Assembly: GCF_016432865.1 (NCBI RefSeq)
Contig: NC_067400.1
Coordinates: forward strand, 629,176,001-629,240,000
DNA length: 64,000 nt
Source: Antechinus flavipes
Taxonomy: Eukaryota
Direction of reading: 5' to 3'
The notes below the pieces were generated by a model. The model ran no database searches. It saw nothing but the letters and a program-made list of their open reading frames with translations, and had not been told where the DNA came from. The translations under genes and the position numbers were made by a program. Of this stretch, positions 25,242-38,133 are shown in pieces (the stretch's first letter is position 1; each line of letters begins with the position of its first letter).

Positions 25242-25679
25242 TGTAATAATATTCTCTTCTCTAAAATATAATGTTCTCTGGGAGCAGGTTTCTTGGGAGC
25301 TTCTGGAGGCAGCCTTAGTTTCAGTTCAGATCAATAATCACCCCAAAGGCAGCCAGCTGGGAAAAGGTCAGTCCTTTATTGTCTCTTCCAAATAGCCCCA
25401 TTAGCTTTCTTAGAGGCCCCCCTCTCTCTCTCCTTGGTTCCAAGAGCTCTTGCTGCTAGTCTCTTGCCTCTGCCAGCTTCCGCCTCTGGCTCTCTCCGAC
25501 TCCAAAGCCTCCAGCCCTTGCAAAAGGTGGACTATGGAATGAATCTGACTCCTCCTCCTCCGAGAGAGTGGATTTGTGGGAGCTGTGACTTGTGAATCTC
25601 CTCCCCCGAATCCTGACTTGCCAATCTCCCAGAGTGCCTAGCAATTCCAGTGACTTAGCACCTTGTAAGAATCATAACA
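25242..25679 (-). mobile_element. Solo LTR of the same family, antisense
   Basis: Reverse complement tgttatgattcttacaaggtgctaagtcactggaattg matches 22549-22580; aataaagg and aaggctgcctccaga shared; no clear TSD. Confidence 0.75.
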
Positions 25680-25689
25680 TCACGGAAAA

Positions 25690-26530
25690 GACCTTCCTAA
25701 GAATTGTCCGAGACCAGAACAGACGACTGCATCTTAATTAGCGGGGTCCTTTCCCGCTGGAGATCTTAAAATAAACGAGGACTTATTGGGAATGCTCTAC
25801 GGGAACTGTGAAAAGATTTTTGAAGCGAAATGTTCTGACGAAGACCTCGATTCTCACATTTATATAGAAAAAATCATTCCCCAAATGATAAATATTAAAA
25901 GATGGGATCTATACCCAAAGGGCCATAAACCCCCACACACTCTTTGAGCTAACAAACCCACTAACAGGCATGGATCGCAAATGAGATTTTTTTAAAGGGA
26001 AAAAATATGTACAAAAATATTTCTAGCCGCTCTTTCTTAGGGCAACGAATTGGAAACTGAGGGGCCCGTCACTTGGGGATAAACCGTGATAGGCGTTGAC
26101 CGTGTTTTATAAGAAATGATGAGCAGGATGCTCTCAGAAAAACCTGGAAAGTTCTCCCTGAGCTCATTTCAAGTGAAATGTATTTGGAACCAAATTATAG
26201 CAGTTGTGGGATGATCAGCTGTGAATGACTGCTATTCTCAGCAATATAATGATCCCAGAGTACTCTGAAGGACTTCTGATGAAAAGTGCTATTCACACCC
26301 GGAGAAAGAACTGATTATGTCTGAATACAGAGTGAAGCATCCTTCACCCCCCCACCCCCCCCTTAGATCATTTGAGGGTTTTAGAGAAATGTTTTGCATA
26401 ACTTCCCAGGTGCCTCCTCAATGGGGCAGGAAGGAAGGGAGAGAATCGGAAACTCCAAGTTTTAAAAACAAATGTTAAAAATTGTTCCACGTGTCGCTGA
26501 GGAAAATAAAGTATGAATATAAAAAAGGGA
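25690..26530 (+). mobile_element. Old L1 3' region, sense
   Basis: gatctatacccaaag...gaattggaaactgagggg...aaatgatgagcaggatg...aaaataaa; approximate bounds. Confidence 0.65.
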
Positions 26531-26731
26531 ATGATGGGACAGGAAATGATGGACAGACACTCGGGGGTCTTTTTCGTGAGCTGGGGTGACCAGGCCTTGG
26601 TGGCACCTGATTGGTTGAAGGGGCTTAGGGGGTATGTTTGCAAGAGACATGCTCGCTTGTCCCACTGACAGGATATCAAGAAGAGGGATAATTCCGATTT
26701 TTCGGGTGTAGAAAGGAAGCACTTAAAGCCC

Positions 26732-26880
26732 AGGGCAGCTAGTTGGCGCAGTGGATGGAGCCCCAGCCCGGAAGTCAGGAGGACCTGAGTTCAAATCTGA
26801 CCTCAGACACTTAACACTTCCTGGCTGTGTGACCCCGGGCGAGTCACTTCATCCCAACTGCCTCAGTTAAAAACAAAAAT
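26732..26880 (+). mobile_element. WSINE1-like marsupial SINE with A-rich tail
   Basis: gggcagctagttggcgcagtggatggagc...gtcaggaggacctgagttcaaatc...gtcacttcatccc..gcctcag + A tail; flanking cttaaagc on both sides. Confidence 0.85.
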
Positions 26881-28084
26881 CCTTAAAGCGCCATGAAAGT
26901 GTATGTTATCTGCCGGGTGAAGCTCGGATGGACCGTTGAACACTGTTTAAGGGAGGTGGTGGGGAAGCCCATGGTCAGCAGCGCCTCCATTTGAAGCTGC
27001 ACTGCAGGAGGACACAAGCGGTCCTTTCTGGCTCCGATGACGGCCGGGCCCGGGCTCTGGTAACGACTCCTGGCTCGGCTCATTTCAGAGACCATCCGGG
27101 CCCGACCCTTCTCAGAGGGGGAGGCCCTGGGCCATTTCTGGGGGCCCCGAGCTTTAGCGGGCACACAGCCCTGCCCACTGGGCCGGGAGGGGAGGGAGGT
27201 GCCGCTCGGAGCGGGCGGGCGGGTTCTCCGCTGTGCAGGAGGAAGGCAGCAGCTGGAGGGCGCTCGCCACCGCTGCCGCCCGGCTCCTTGTCCATTTTCC
27301 TTAAGGCGCTGGGAAGCGCGGCCCGCAAAGGCATCGCTTCCTGACGTAAAGCCGAGAAGCGGAGATGGAGGGGGGGCTAAGGCGGAGAGAGCCCAGGGAA
27401 GGGGGTTAGAGACCTCGGCCAGAGGTCCGGTGCGGCTGTTAGAGTGCAGTGCCCCCTGGCGGACGCACGTGAAGCACAGACCCTCGTCCGGGCTTTCCGA
27501 GACTGGGGAAGGCGGCCCTGGCGCCGCTCGCTTCCTCAAGGCAGCGCCCCCAGTGTCGTGAGAGGGAAGCACTCGCGGGGTCGCACCCACCCGGAAACTC
27601 ACCCAGCCGCTGCCCCCGCTGCCCTGGGCTCCTCCCTCCTTCTGATTGGACAGAATGAAGGCTTGGCCCGGAGACCGCCTCCCTCATCCTCCATTTAAGG
27701 GAGGGGGCTGGGGGCACCGAGATCTCCTCTTTGCTTACTCTCCCCGCCCCCTCCCCCGCATTCTGCTACCCACCGGTCTCAGCTCTTTCTGTATTAAAGT
27801 GGAGCTCTTTGAGGGCAGGGACTCCCGGTTACTCTTTGTATCCTCATCATCAGTGCTGAATACATGTTTATTGACTTATCCGTGTCTCCATATACCCTTT
27901 CAGTCTTGGTGCCTCCGCGTCTCTGAGCGTCTCTACCTATCTCGCTCCAGGTCTTTTCCTCAGTCTATCTTTCTGTCGGTCTCAGTGTCCCAGTGGCGCA
28001 GCGCTCCTCCCCCAGCATCTCTCCCCCAGCTGAGTCTCTGCCAGTGTCTCTGTCTCTCAGAACATCTGTGTGTCCCTCGATCTA

Positions 28085-28330
28085 GGTAATAACAGTCATG
28101 AGCATTGTAATAGTGACAGCATTTATACAGCCTTGATCGCCCTTTACAATTATTATCCCATTTGATCCTTACTACACTAGGATGGTTACATTTTATAGAT
28201 GAGGAGACAGGCAGACAGACGTTAAATGGCCCTTTGGGGTCATGCCGGTAGTTAATTGTCTGAAGTTGCATCCAATTGTGTCTGAGTTTCTCTCCGCCCC
28301 GTTGGTATGGAAAAGGGTAAACTGAGGCCT
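28085..28330 (-). mobile_element. MIR, antisense
   Basis: cattttatagatgaggagac...aaactgaggcc motifs. Confidence 0.6.
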
Positions 28331-28491
28331 GAACGATCTCCAGCACCGTCTTCATCTGACAAATGTGACTGAGGCCGCTGCTGATGGGAGTGGGGTCAGA
28401 GGCCCTAAAAGGCAATCCAGAATCCGGGTATGCAGGGTGACCTTTGACCTCTCGTCAATTTTATCTCTTCACCCCTTTAGCATCCCAGATC

Positions 28492-29169
28492 CAAGATGGC
28501 GGCTCTGCGCAGGCGAAGCCTCCCCTACCCCCCAACCCCGCAGTGGGCCACGGCGAAGTGGGGTAGCGCAGTCCCGGCTGTTGCCAGCCCGGATAGGCTC
28601 AGGCTTCATGGGGCCCGAGCACCGGATCGGCGTCCCGGACTCTCTCGATCTGCTCATTGGCCCAGCTGCCTGTCGCTCAGACGTTTCAAAACCCCGCCCC
28701 GCCCCTCGCTGCGACCGTTACTCGCGTAAACAACTCCTCCCTCTCTCGCGCACGCCCCCGAGCTACGGAGCGCGCGCACCCGAGACACCGCCCCTCTCTT
28801 CCCCGCAGGGGCCGCGTGACGGGCCGGGTTCAAACCGCCCAATCGGTGGCGCCCGCCCCCCCCCACCTTCGTGTTAATCAGCCCCTGCCTCCTCCCATCG
28901 ATTCCCGTTCCTCGCCCGGCTCTGGGCGTGCGTCGCCTTCCACTCTCTCATTGGCCTTCTATCTCCGGGAGGCCCCGGCTCCGCTCCTGGCCCTCGGCTC
29001 CCATTGGCCGATCCCATCCTTTCGGTCGGGGGATCGCGGTCCCAACGGGCGGCGGGCGCGCACGCGCGAGGCCTCGTCCGGGTGCGCGGGCGGGCGGGTG
29101 CACATACGCCGTGGAACGGACGTGCCCACGTCGTTGGTGCGGGGGGGGAGTGTCCCGGCGCATATAAAA
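28492..29169 (+). promoter_or_regulatory. UBE2S promoter: YY1, CHR-like elements, CCAAT boxes, TATA
   Basis: CAAGATGGCGGC 28492; TTCAAA 28685 and 28829; CCAAT/ATTGG near 28656, 28839, 28950 and 29003; TATAAAA 29163. Confidence 0.7.
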
Positions 29170-29465
29170 AGGCGTCGCTGCGCGCGCGGCGGGTTCAGTG
29201 CGGCGGGGCAGCCGAGGGGCGGGCGCGGCGGTCGCGGGAGCGGGCGCGGCGGCGGCGGAGGCGGCGGAGGCGACGCAGGACAGCGGGAGTAGGAGCGGCC
29301 CGCGGGGGCCGGGGCCGAGTAGGCGGCCTCGGCGAAAGAGAAGGAGGAATCGGAGCCCGGGCGCACCGGGCACGCGGGGGAGGCGGCCCCCTCCCCCGAC
29401 CCCCTAATCCCGGAGGTCGCCCCGAGGAGGGGGCTTGGGGGGAGCCGCCCCCGGGCCCCGGCGTC

Positions 29466-30912
29466 ATGGTGAGTTGGGCGGGGGTAGGCCTGGTGTCAGC
29501 CTGGTGTCCAGCCTGGAGGAGGTGGCCTTGGCCGGGACAGGGCCCAGCGGCGTTCAAGAGGCGGCGGTTCCGGGGACATCCCGGTGGGTGTCTTGGGGGG
29601 GGAGGGAAGATCCCGGCTCCCCCCCAGTGGATGAGCAGAATGAATGAGCCCCTGCTTGCGTGTGCGTATGTGCGCGTGCGCGCACGCGTGTCCGTGTCTA
29701 CATCTCTGGGTAGGGGGCAGCGCCGGGAGGGTCCCGGTGACCGCCCCCCATCTAATTCTCTTCCCTTCCCTTGACCCCCAGAACTCCAACGTGGAGAACC
29801 TGCCCCCCCACATCATCCGCCTGGTGTACAAGGAGGTCACGACGCTCACCTCGGACCCTCCCGATGGCATCAAGGTGTTTCCCAATGAGGAAGACGTCAC
29901 GGACCTGCAGGTCACCATCGAAGGCCCAGGTGAGCCCCGCTCCAACCCCCGCTGCGCCCCCCACCCCCCCCCCCACCCAGCTCACGAGTCTCCTCTCTCT
30001 CTGGCCAGAGGGTACCCCCTACGCGGGAGGCCTGTTCCGCATGAAGCTCCTCCTGGGCAAGGATTTCCCGGCAGCCCCCCCAAAGGGCTTCTTCCTCACC
30101 AAAATCTTCCACCCCAATGTGGGGGCCAACGGGGAGATCTGTGTCAACGTGCTCAAGAGAGACTGGACCGCCGAACTGGGCATCCGCCACGTGCTGCTGG
30201 TGAGTGCCGAGCCCCCCTGGGGGGAGCCTGTTCCCCCCCCCATCGTGTGAGGCTGCCCCCCAAGAGAGGGTGGAGGAGGGGGTGGCCAGTGGCACGAGGG
30301 GAGGGGCGGCCTCCTCGCCAAAGGGGAGATGGGGACCTCATGCCAGAGGCAGAGGACAGGGGGATCTAACAGTACCCACCTTCCCAGCTGGGGATGCCCC
30401 ACAATGACAGCTCCCATAGGGCCCTGCTTTCTCATCCCAAGGAGCATCATGGGATTTGTAGTCTGGCTCAGTCTGGAGTCCTCCCTTAGCCCTGCTCATC
30501 TCTCAGGCTGAGCTGTCAAGTTCTGTGAGGGGGAAGACTGGAAGCCCCTCCCCCTCAATGTGCCCTCTGCCCTGCCTAGACTATCAAGTGCCTTCTGATC
30601 CACCCGAACCCCGAGTCGGCGCTGAATGAGGAGGCCGGCCGCCTGCTTCTGGAGGACTACGAGGAGTATGCAGCTCGGGCCAGGCTGCTGACAGAGATCC
30701 ATGGCGGGGCCGGGGGCCCTGGGGCCCTGAGGGCAGCCAGGGGGGGCCCTGGCGGGGCAGAGGCCGGCCCAGCAGAGGCCGGGGCCTCCTCCTCCTCCCC
30801 ACCCGGCCCTGGGGCCGAAGGCCCCATGGCCAAGAAGCATGCAGGGGAGCGGGACAAGAAGCAGGCCGCCAAGAAGAAGACGGACAAGAAGCGGGCTCTG
30901 CGCAGGCTGTAG
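29466..30912 (+). CDS. UBE2S: Ubiquitin-conjugating enzyme E2 S, 224 aa; coding exons 29466-29468, 29782-29929, 30009-30199, 30580-30912
   Basis: [39 protein letters not shown] (active-site Cys) and C-terminal [12 protein letters not shown]. Total 675 nt. AATAAA at 31031. Confidence 0.98.
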
Positions 30913-32267
30913 GAGGGCCCCCCCATTGCGGGAGGGCGCGGGGAGGAGGGGCAGCTTTTGTATCTCACTAAGTTATTTAAATTATGGGGGGGAGGGGAGG
31001 GGATGGGAGGGGGGCTTGGTTTTTTTCTAAAATAAAGTTGAAAAAGCAGCTGAAGGTTCTGATGATTGAGGTTGAGAACCCTGCCCTCACGGGCTGGCCT
31101 GCTGGGGTGGACACGAGCATCCCTCGCGCCATCGTGGGCCAGAAGAACTCGTCGCCCGTTCCTAACCCTGATCCTGGAGCTTGGGCTGTGGGGCCGTGGG
31201 TTCTGCGCTAGGCCTCTTCCTCTGGCCAGGGCCACCTTCTGTCCCCCCAGTCCCAACCCCGAGTGCCGGGCTGGATGGCAACAAACGGGAAGAAAGGAAA
31301 CGTCCCACTGGCCAGGGGTGGGCTCGTGGGGAGCGGGGTGTCCTGGAGGGCATCTGGCAGCTTTGGCCTCCCGTCCACCGCAGCATCCTAGGGCCTCTTG
31401 GGCATCTAGAGAGAACTTGGTGGGGAGGACAGGGCCCTGGGCCAGGAGAGCCCTCAGCCCGGCTCTGCGCTTGGACAGCCAAGGCGGGAGGCTATGGCAC
31501 CGACAAGGTGGGACCTGCGAGTCCCACCTGAAAATGGACTCAAAAGCAAGGCAGAGACGGGGACATCTGGCCAGGAGCCCGCGGCAGGGGGACGGCCACC
31601 TCTGCATTGACCCTTCACCCTCTCCAGAGCTGTCCCAATTGAGCTCACCTCAAGTGTGCCCCTAATTTTGCTCCTCAGCTACATCTGCGCCTATCCTCGT
31701 GAAGAGCACTTTGACTTGGCCATCACCCCCAACACCGGCAGCTTCCTATTTTTGCCGTTTCGGGCCGATTTCCATCACGGCCCCAAGACCCAATTATTAT
31801 GTGAATTTTGCTCAGTCTATATCCTGACTCCAAAACCCAGTGATTGCCTATCACTTCCTATTAAACACAATCCCAAAATGGTTCAAAACCCGTCCATCCC
31901 TTGGGAGCCCCCAATCTCCAGCTTCCCCCCAGGTCTCAGTAAGGAAGCCCTTCCTCGGCTGTTTATTCGTTTAATGTCTCCAACTAGGGATATTTGAGAA
32001 TTCCTGAGAGCAGGGACACGGGGGCTTGCCCTATGCAAGCCCAATCGTGGCCCCATCACTGCCCATGTTCCCTAATGCACTGAACTCATCTGGGCCGAGT
32101 CCATTTTCACCCCCCCCCTGACCATCTTCAAGGTGATGGCCCCAGAACAGAGCTCTGCCCCAAAGGGCAGAGACCAGCTCCGGCCAAACAATGAGAAAGA
32201 TGCATCCAGTGGCCTTCCCTGCTCCCCTCCCCCGCTCCAGAGCAAAGGGCCCTCCATTAGCTCCCCC

Positions 32268-32750
32268 TTAGCAACAGAAATCACTCCACAGCAAACCCTA
32301 AGCAACGGGGGTCACTTTATACCAATCCCCTAGCAACAGAGTCCACTCCATAGCAACCCAGACAAAAGGTACCTTCCCATTGGTGGCAGCAGAGGCTCGC
32401 TTCCGGGGGCACCACTAGAGCCCCCCCTTATCTCCCCTGAATATTAACCCGCTACGGGTGGAAACTCGAAGGTGGGAGACAAATGACTTATGTGCCCAGA
32501 TCCAGGACTCATCTCCATCAGCTACCCCAAGACCAACTCTGTGAACCCCTCAAAAAGGCAAAGCCATCCCCCCAGCCCTAGTTTGGCCAGAACCCCTGGT
32601 CCTGCTTCCGGGTACCTCAATGATCCCCAAAGAGAAGACACCCAAGCCCCAGAACGTGAGGGGGCGGGGCCTCGGCAGGAGGATGGCTTAGCCATGGCAA
32701 CTCCAAATGAGTTTTTCCATGGCAACCGGAGGCAGGTGCTCCCTAGCAAC
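32268..32750 (+). promoter_or_regulatory. Cluster of 7 RFX-type half/full X-box sites
   Basis: RGCAAC-ending sites at 32268, 32299, 32331, 32351, 32691, 32715 and 32741. Confidence 0.5.
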
Positions 32751-33397
32751 CAGCAGCTGCCAGGAACCAGCAATCAGTGGAGAGCTGCTCCCTGACCCTT
32801 CTCAAACCTCCCCTGAGCCACAGGCTCCCTGAAAGGTGGACATCGGCCCCTAATGGCCTGAGGAGGATGAGGATGAAGGGCTAAGCCCCAGGGCCAGACT
32901 GGGGAATGGGGACACAACAGCAACAACGGTCAGGACTCCAGTAAGTGACCCGGGAAAGGCAGGGGCAGAGTCTTGACAATTTGGGGGAGCAGATTGTCCC
33001 CCTGTCTAAAAGATGGGCCAACTGCTCAGGGACCACTCAGCCCAGGCTAGAGGGAAGGGTGCCAGAATGCCCAAAAGGATGCTTCCTGGGGAGCGCCCAG
33101 CTCGCCTAGGGCCAGAGGGCCCACAGCCGCCTTGTTCCTCTCGAGGACTTGGTCAGGATCACACCTGACACTGGACCTGACCTGGGGTCCTCGCAGCTCC
33201 AGGGCTGGTGCTCTAACCACACCTCCCACCCCCAAAGTGACTCATTTCTGACTCCAGGACCAGAGGCCTTTGAGCATGGCCTGACCCCCTTCTCCCCCCC
33301 TGCTCCGACCCATCGTATATGAGCTTGGGCGAGGGAAAGAGGCGGCGGCACAGACTACAGAACAATGACTTTTATTAGCCCAAGGAGGCCGGACACC

Positions 33398-34516
<1,119 letters not shown>

Positions 34517-34795
34517 TCAGCGGGGATGAAAGAACACGGGCGGGGAGGGGGGAACCTCGGGCGGCGGGGCTGGGGGCGACAAGGAGTAAGGCCTCGGGGG
34601 GCGGGGGGGGGGGGAGGCCGCGGGCGCCGGAGCTGGGGGTCGGGCCAGGAGGGAAGGAGAGGCCCCGGAGACCTCGGGCGGCCGGGAGGGAGGAGGCGCG
34701 CCGGAGACCTCGGGCGGCGAGGGGGAGAGAGAGGTCCCGGAGCCCTCGGGCGGCGGCGTTCAGGAGCACGAGGAGAGAGCCGAGTCCGCCATTAC

Positions 34796-35016
34796 CTGCA
34801 CTCGCGGCGACTCCCGGAGACGGAAAAGGCTCTGCTGGGGGCGGGGCGGAGCCTTTAATAACTCTGCGCGTTTCCGCTTCCGCTTTCGCTCGGCCGGACT
34901 CGGGAAGATCCGGAATCTTTCGGCGGCCTCGCTCGGGCCCCGCCCCCGCCCGGCTCGCTCGGGCCCCGCCCCCGCCCGGCTCGCTCGGGCCCCGCCCCCC
35001 GCCCGGCTCGCTCGGG
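34796..35016 (-). promoter_or_regulatory. RPL28 non-coding exon 1 with 5' TOP, tandem ETS sites and triplicated GC-box unit
   Basis: CCTTTTCC 34829-34822; donor CAG|GTAATG at 34795; CGGAAGCGGAA 34882-34872; 26-nt repeat 34928-35016. Confidence 0.8.
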
Positions 35017-35351
35017 CATTTCCGGAGCCATTCGGCCGGGTCGGGGCCGAGGCCTGGGGCTCCGCCAAGCCTGCCGCGTGCGAGTGGCGAGCACGGCCGC
35101 TAGGTGGCGCACCCGGGCGTCTGGGCCGGAAGGCAGCTAGGCTCGCGTTCCAATCCTCGGTCACTTCTGGGCCTTCGGTTCCCAGCTGTAAACGTGCCCG
35201 CCCCCCTGCGGCCCGGGTCACGTGGCCAAGGCTGCCCCCAAAGCGCCAAGGAAATGCTTGCGGGTGCCTGGTTTTCAACTGAAGGACAAGAAGCACCTAC
35301 TGTGTGCCCAGGGCTGGGTTACATTGGGACTGGCTTTCCACCCTCGGTGCT

Positions 35352-36497
35352 AAGGCAGCCCCTCCCCCAGGCCGTACAAGGCAGCCCCCCCCCCAGGCCA
35401 TACAAGGCAGCCCCTCCCCCAGGCCATACAAGGCAGCCCCCTCCCCCAGGCCGTACAAGGCAGCCCCCCCCCAGGCCATACAAGGCAGCCCCCTCCCCCA
35501 GGCCATAGATGGCAGCCCCCCCCAGGCCATACATGGCAGCCCCCTCCCCCAGGCCATACAAGGCAGCCCCCCCCCCAGGCCATACAAGGCAGCCCCCCCC
35601 CCAGCCATACAAGGCAGCCCCCCCTCCCAGGCCATACAAGGCAGCCCCCTCCCCCAGGCCATACAAAGCAGCCCCCTCCCCCAAGCCATACACGGCAGCC
35701 CCCCTCCCAGGCCATATAAGGCAGCCCCCTCCCCCTAGGCCATACAAGGCAGCCCCCAGCCCCAGGCCATACAAGGCAGCCCCTCCCCCAGGCCATACAA
35801 GGTAGCCCCCTCCCCCAGGCCATACAAGGCAGCCCCCTCCCCCAGGCCATACAAGGCAGCCCCCTCCCCCAGGCCATACAAGGCAGCCCCTCCCCCTAGG
35901 CCATACAAGGCAGCCCCCTCCCCCAGGCCATACAAGGCAGCCCCCTCCCCCAGGCCATACAAGGCAGCCCCTCCCCCTAGGCCATACAAGGCAGCCCCCT
36001 CCCCCAGGCCATACAAGGCAGCCCCCCCCAGGCCATACAAGCAGCCCCCCCCCAGGCCATAGATGGCAGCCCCCTCCCCCAGGCAATACAAGGCAGCCCC
36101 CCCCCCCCCAGGCCATACAAGGCAGCCCCTCCCCCTAGGCCATACAAGCAGCCCCCCCCCCCCCAGGCCATACAAGGCAGCCCCTCCCCAGGCCATACAA
36201 GGCAGCCCCCTCCCCCAGCCATACAAGGCAGCCCCTCCCCCAGGCCATACAAGGCAGCCCCCAGCCCCAGGCCATACAGGCAGCCCCCTCCCCCAGGCCA
36301 TAGAGGCAGCCCCCCCCAGGCCATAGATGGCAGCCCCCCCCAGGCCATAGAGGCAGCCCCCCCCCAGGCCATACAAGGCAGCCCCTCCCCCTAGGCCATA
36401 CAAGGCAGCCCCCCCCAGGCAATACAAGGCAGCCCCCCCCAGGCCATAGAGGCAGCCCCCCCCAGGCAATACAAGGCAGCCCCCTTCCCCCAGGCCA
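35352..36497 (+). repeat. About 27-nt minisatellite, about 40 copies (ggccatacaaggcagccccctccccca)
   Basis: 27-nt period measured at 35821/35848/35875. Confidence 0.97.
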
Positions 36498-37620
36498 GGC
36501 TTGGACGGCTAAGAACTATTTTTTTAAAAGGGGCCTTACCCAGGGTCACTAAGGGAGGAACCGTCAGAGCTGGGAATTGACGGGAGTTGAAAAAAGGCCT
36601 TTTCCGGGCAATGCCCCCCTCCCCCCCCCCCCACTCCCCCCCAGCTTATTCAGCATCTCTGTGCAGGCCCCTTGGCCACCCAGAGAAACGTGAGGGGCTC
36701 CGGCCCCCGGATCTTGCTGCAGCCCCTTCGCCCTGAGCCTTGGTCCTGGGGCGCAGAGAGAGGAGGGCTCTCCAGCGTCACCCGGGGAGGCCATGGGGGG
36801 GGTCAGGTTCCAAGGCCGCCCCCTGGGGAGGTGACCCCGGCTGGGAGGCGGGAGGGGGGGTCGCACTTGGCTGCAGGGCGAGAGGAGCCCGGAAGTTCAT
36901 TGAGAGGGTGTGACCAAAGGCGCCCAGAGTCCAGGGTTCAGCGGCACAAAGGGCAGATTGCAGTGAGGTAGAAGGGGAGGATGCCAGTGCCGGCTCCCCG
37001 TGCACCAGCATTTATTAAGCACCTCCTGGATGCCGGGCGCGGTGCCGAGCCCTGACCGAGTGACCTTGGCCCGTCCCTCGCCCCTGGGCCCTGCTTTCTC
37101 CCAGTGACTGGGGGGGGAGGTCTCGGGCGCTCTCTCCCGCAGGCTCTGGGCCTTCTCTGCCTCAGTTTCTCCAGGCTGGCCCTGAGGACGCCAGGCGCTG
37201 CCTCGTGGGTGTGGGCAGCGCCCCCTCACCCAGGGCCGGCTTCTCGGGCGAGGACCCTCGGGCCCGGGGGCGGGGGACGCACTCCGTGCCTGCCCTGAGG
37301 GGGAGACCCCGTCCGGCTGGGCCCAGGGCCCCGGCGGCCCCTCAGGACCCCGGCTTCTTCCTGGGGCCGGAGCCAGAGGGAGCCCCTTGACCCCTTCGGG
37401 TCGCCCTTTCCCCTCTCTGGGAGCGGCCTGGGCTCAAGGCTCGGCTCCCCGACCTTTCCACCCTCCTCATTCTCGGGTAGCCGGGGCCCCTCACCCCGGG
37501 GCCGGGAAGATGGCGAGGGCTCCCGGCTCCCTCCTCCCCTAACCCCGCCCCTTGGGGCTCTCACCCCGGAACCTGTCGGACCGGTTTCCTCGGGGCTCCC
37601 CCTCTCCAGCGAGCCGGGCT

Positions 37621-38133
37621 ATGGCCGCCTCCTCTCCCTCCTCCCCGGGCCCCGGGCCCGCTTCGGCGGCCCCGGCCCCCGCCCCCCGGCCATCCCCGGC
37701 CTCCTCGGGCCTGGGCCGCTGCCGGGCAGCCCTGCTGCTGGCCGTGGGCCTGGACGTGGCGGGCATGGTGGCCCTGCTGACCGGCGTCTTCGCCCACCTC
37801 CAGGTGCAAGGGCGGGACTTCGGAGACCTGCTCATCTACTCCGGGGCCCTCATGGTCTTCCTCAGCCTGCTGGGCTGGATCTTCTGGTACACGGGCAACA
37901 TCGAGATCTCCCGCCAGGAGCTGGAGAGGGACTACGGCCGCAGGCCCGGCACCCTGGCCCGCCTGGCCCACAAGCTGTCCCGGCGCTGGTCCGCCCCGCC
38001 GGGCCCCGGGGCGGGGGCCGGGGGCCGGAGGGGGGGCCGGGGCGCCCCCAAGCAGCAGGCCCAGACGGCGCGCCGGGTACGCCTGCAGCTGACGCCCCTG
38101 GAGGCCCCGGCGGCGGGAGCGGGGACGGAGTGA
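37621..38133 (+). CDS. TMEM238: Transmembrane protein 238, 170 aa, single coding exon
   Basis: GLGRCRAALLLAVGLDVAGMVALLTGVFA...GDLLIYSGALMVFLSLLGWIFWYTGNIEISRQELERDY; donor at 38145 just after the stop; syntenic position. Confidence 0.93.
   Translation: MAASSPSSPGPGPASAAPAPAPRPSPASSGLGRCRAALLLAVGLDVAGMVALLTGVFAHLQVQGRDFGDLLIYSGALMVFLSLLGWIFWYTGNIEISRQELERDYGRRPGTLARLAHKLSRRWSAPPGPGAGAGGRRGGRGAPKQQAQTARRVRLQLTPLEAPAAGAGTE

Noticed and set aside
26732-26880. tRNA gene
   Set aside because: The A/B-box-like head belongs to a tRNA-derived SINE; no cloverleaf, and an A-rich tail is present.
30657-31607. 316-aa minus ORF over UBE2S exon 4
   Set aside because: Antisense shadow plus GC-rich 3' flank; non-ATG start.
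35297-36469. Many Gly/Cys/Trp-rich ORFs resembling keratin-associated proteins
   Set aside because: They come from a 27-nt minisatellite with frequent 1-nt indels that break frame, so there is no coding constraint.
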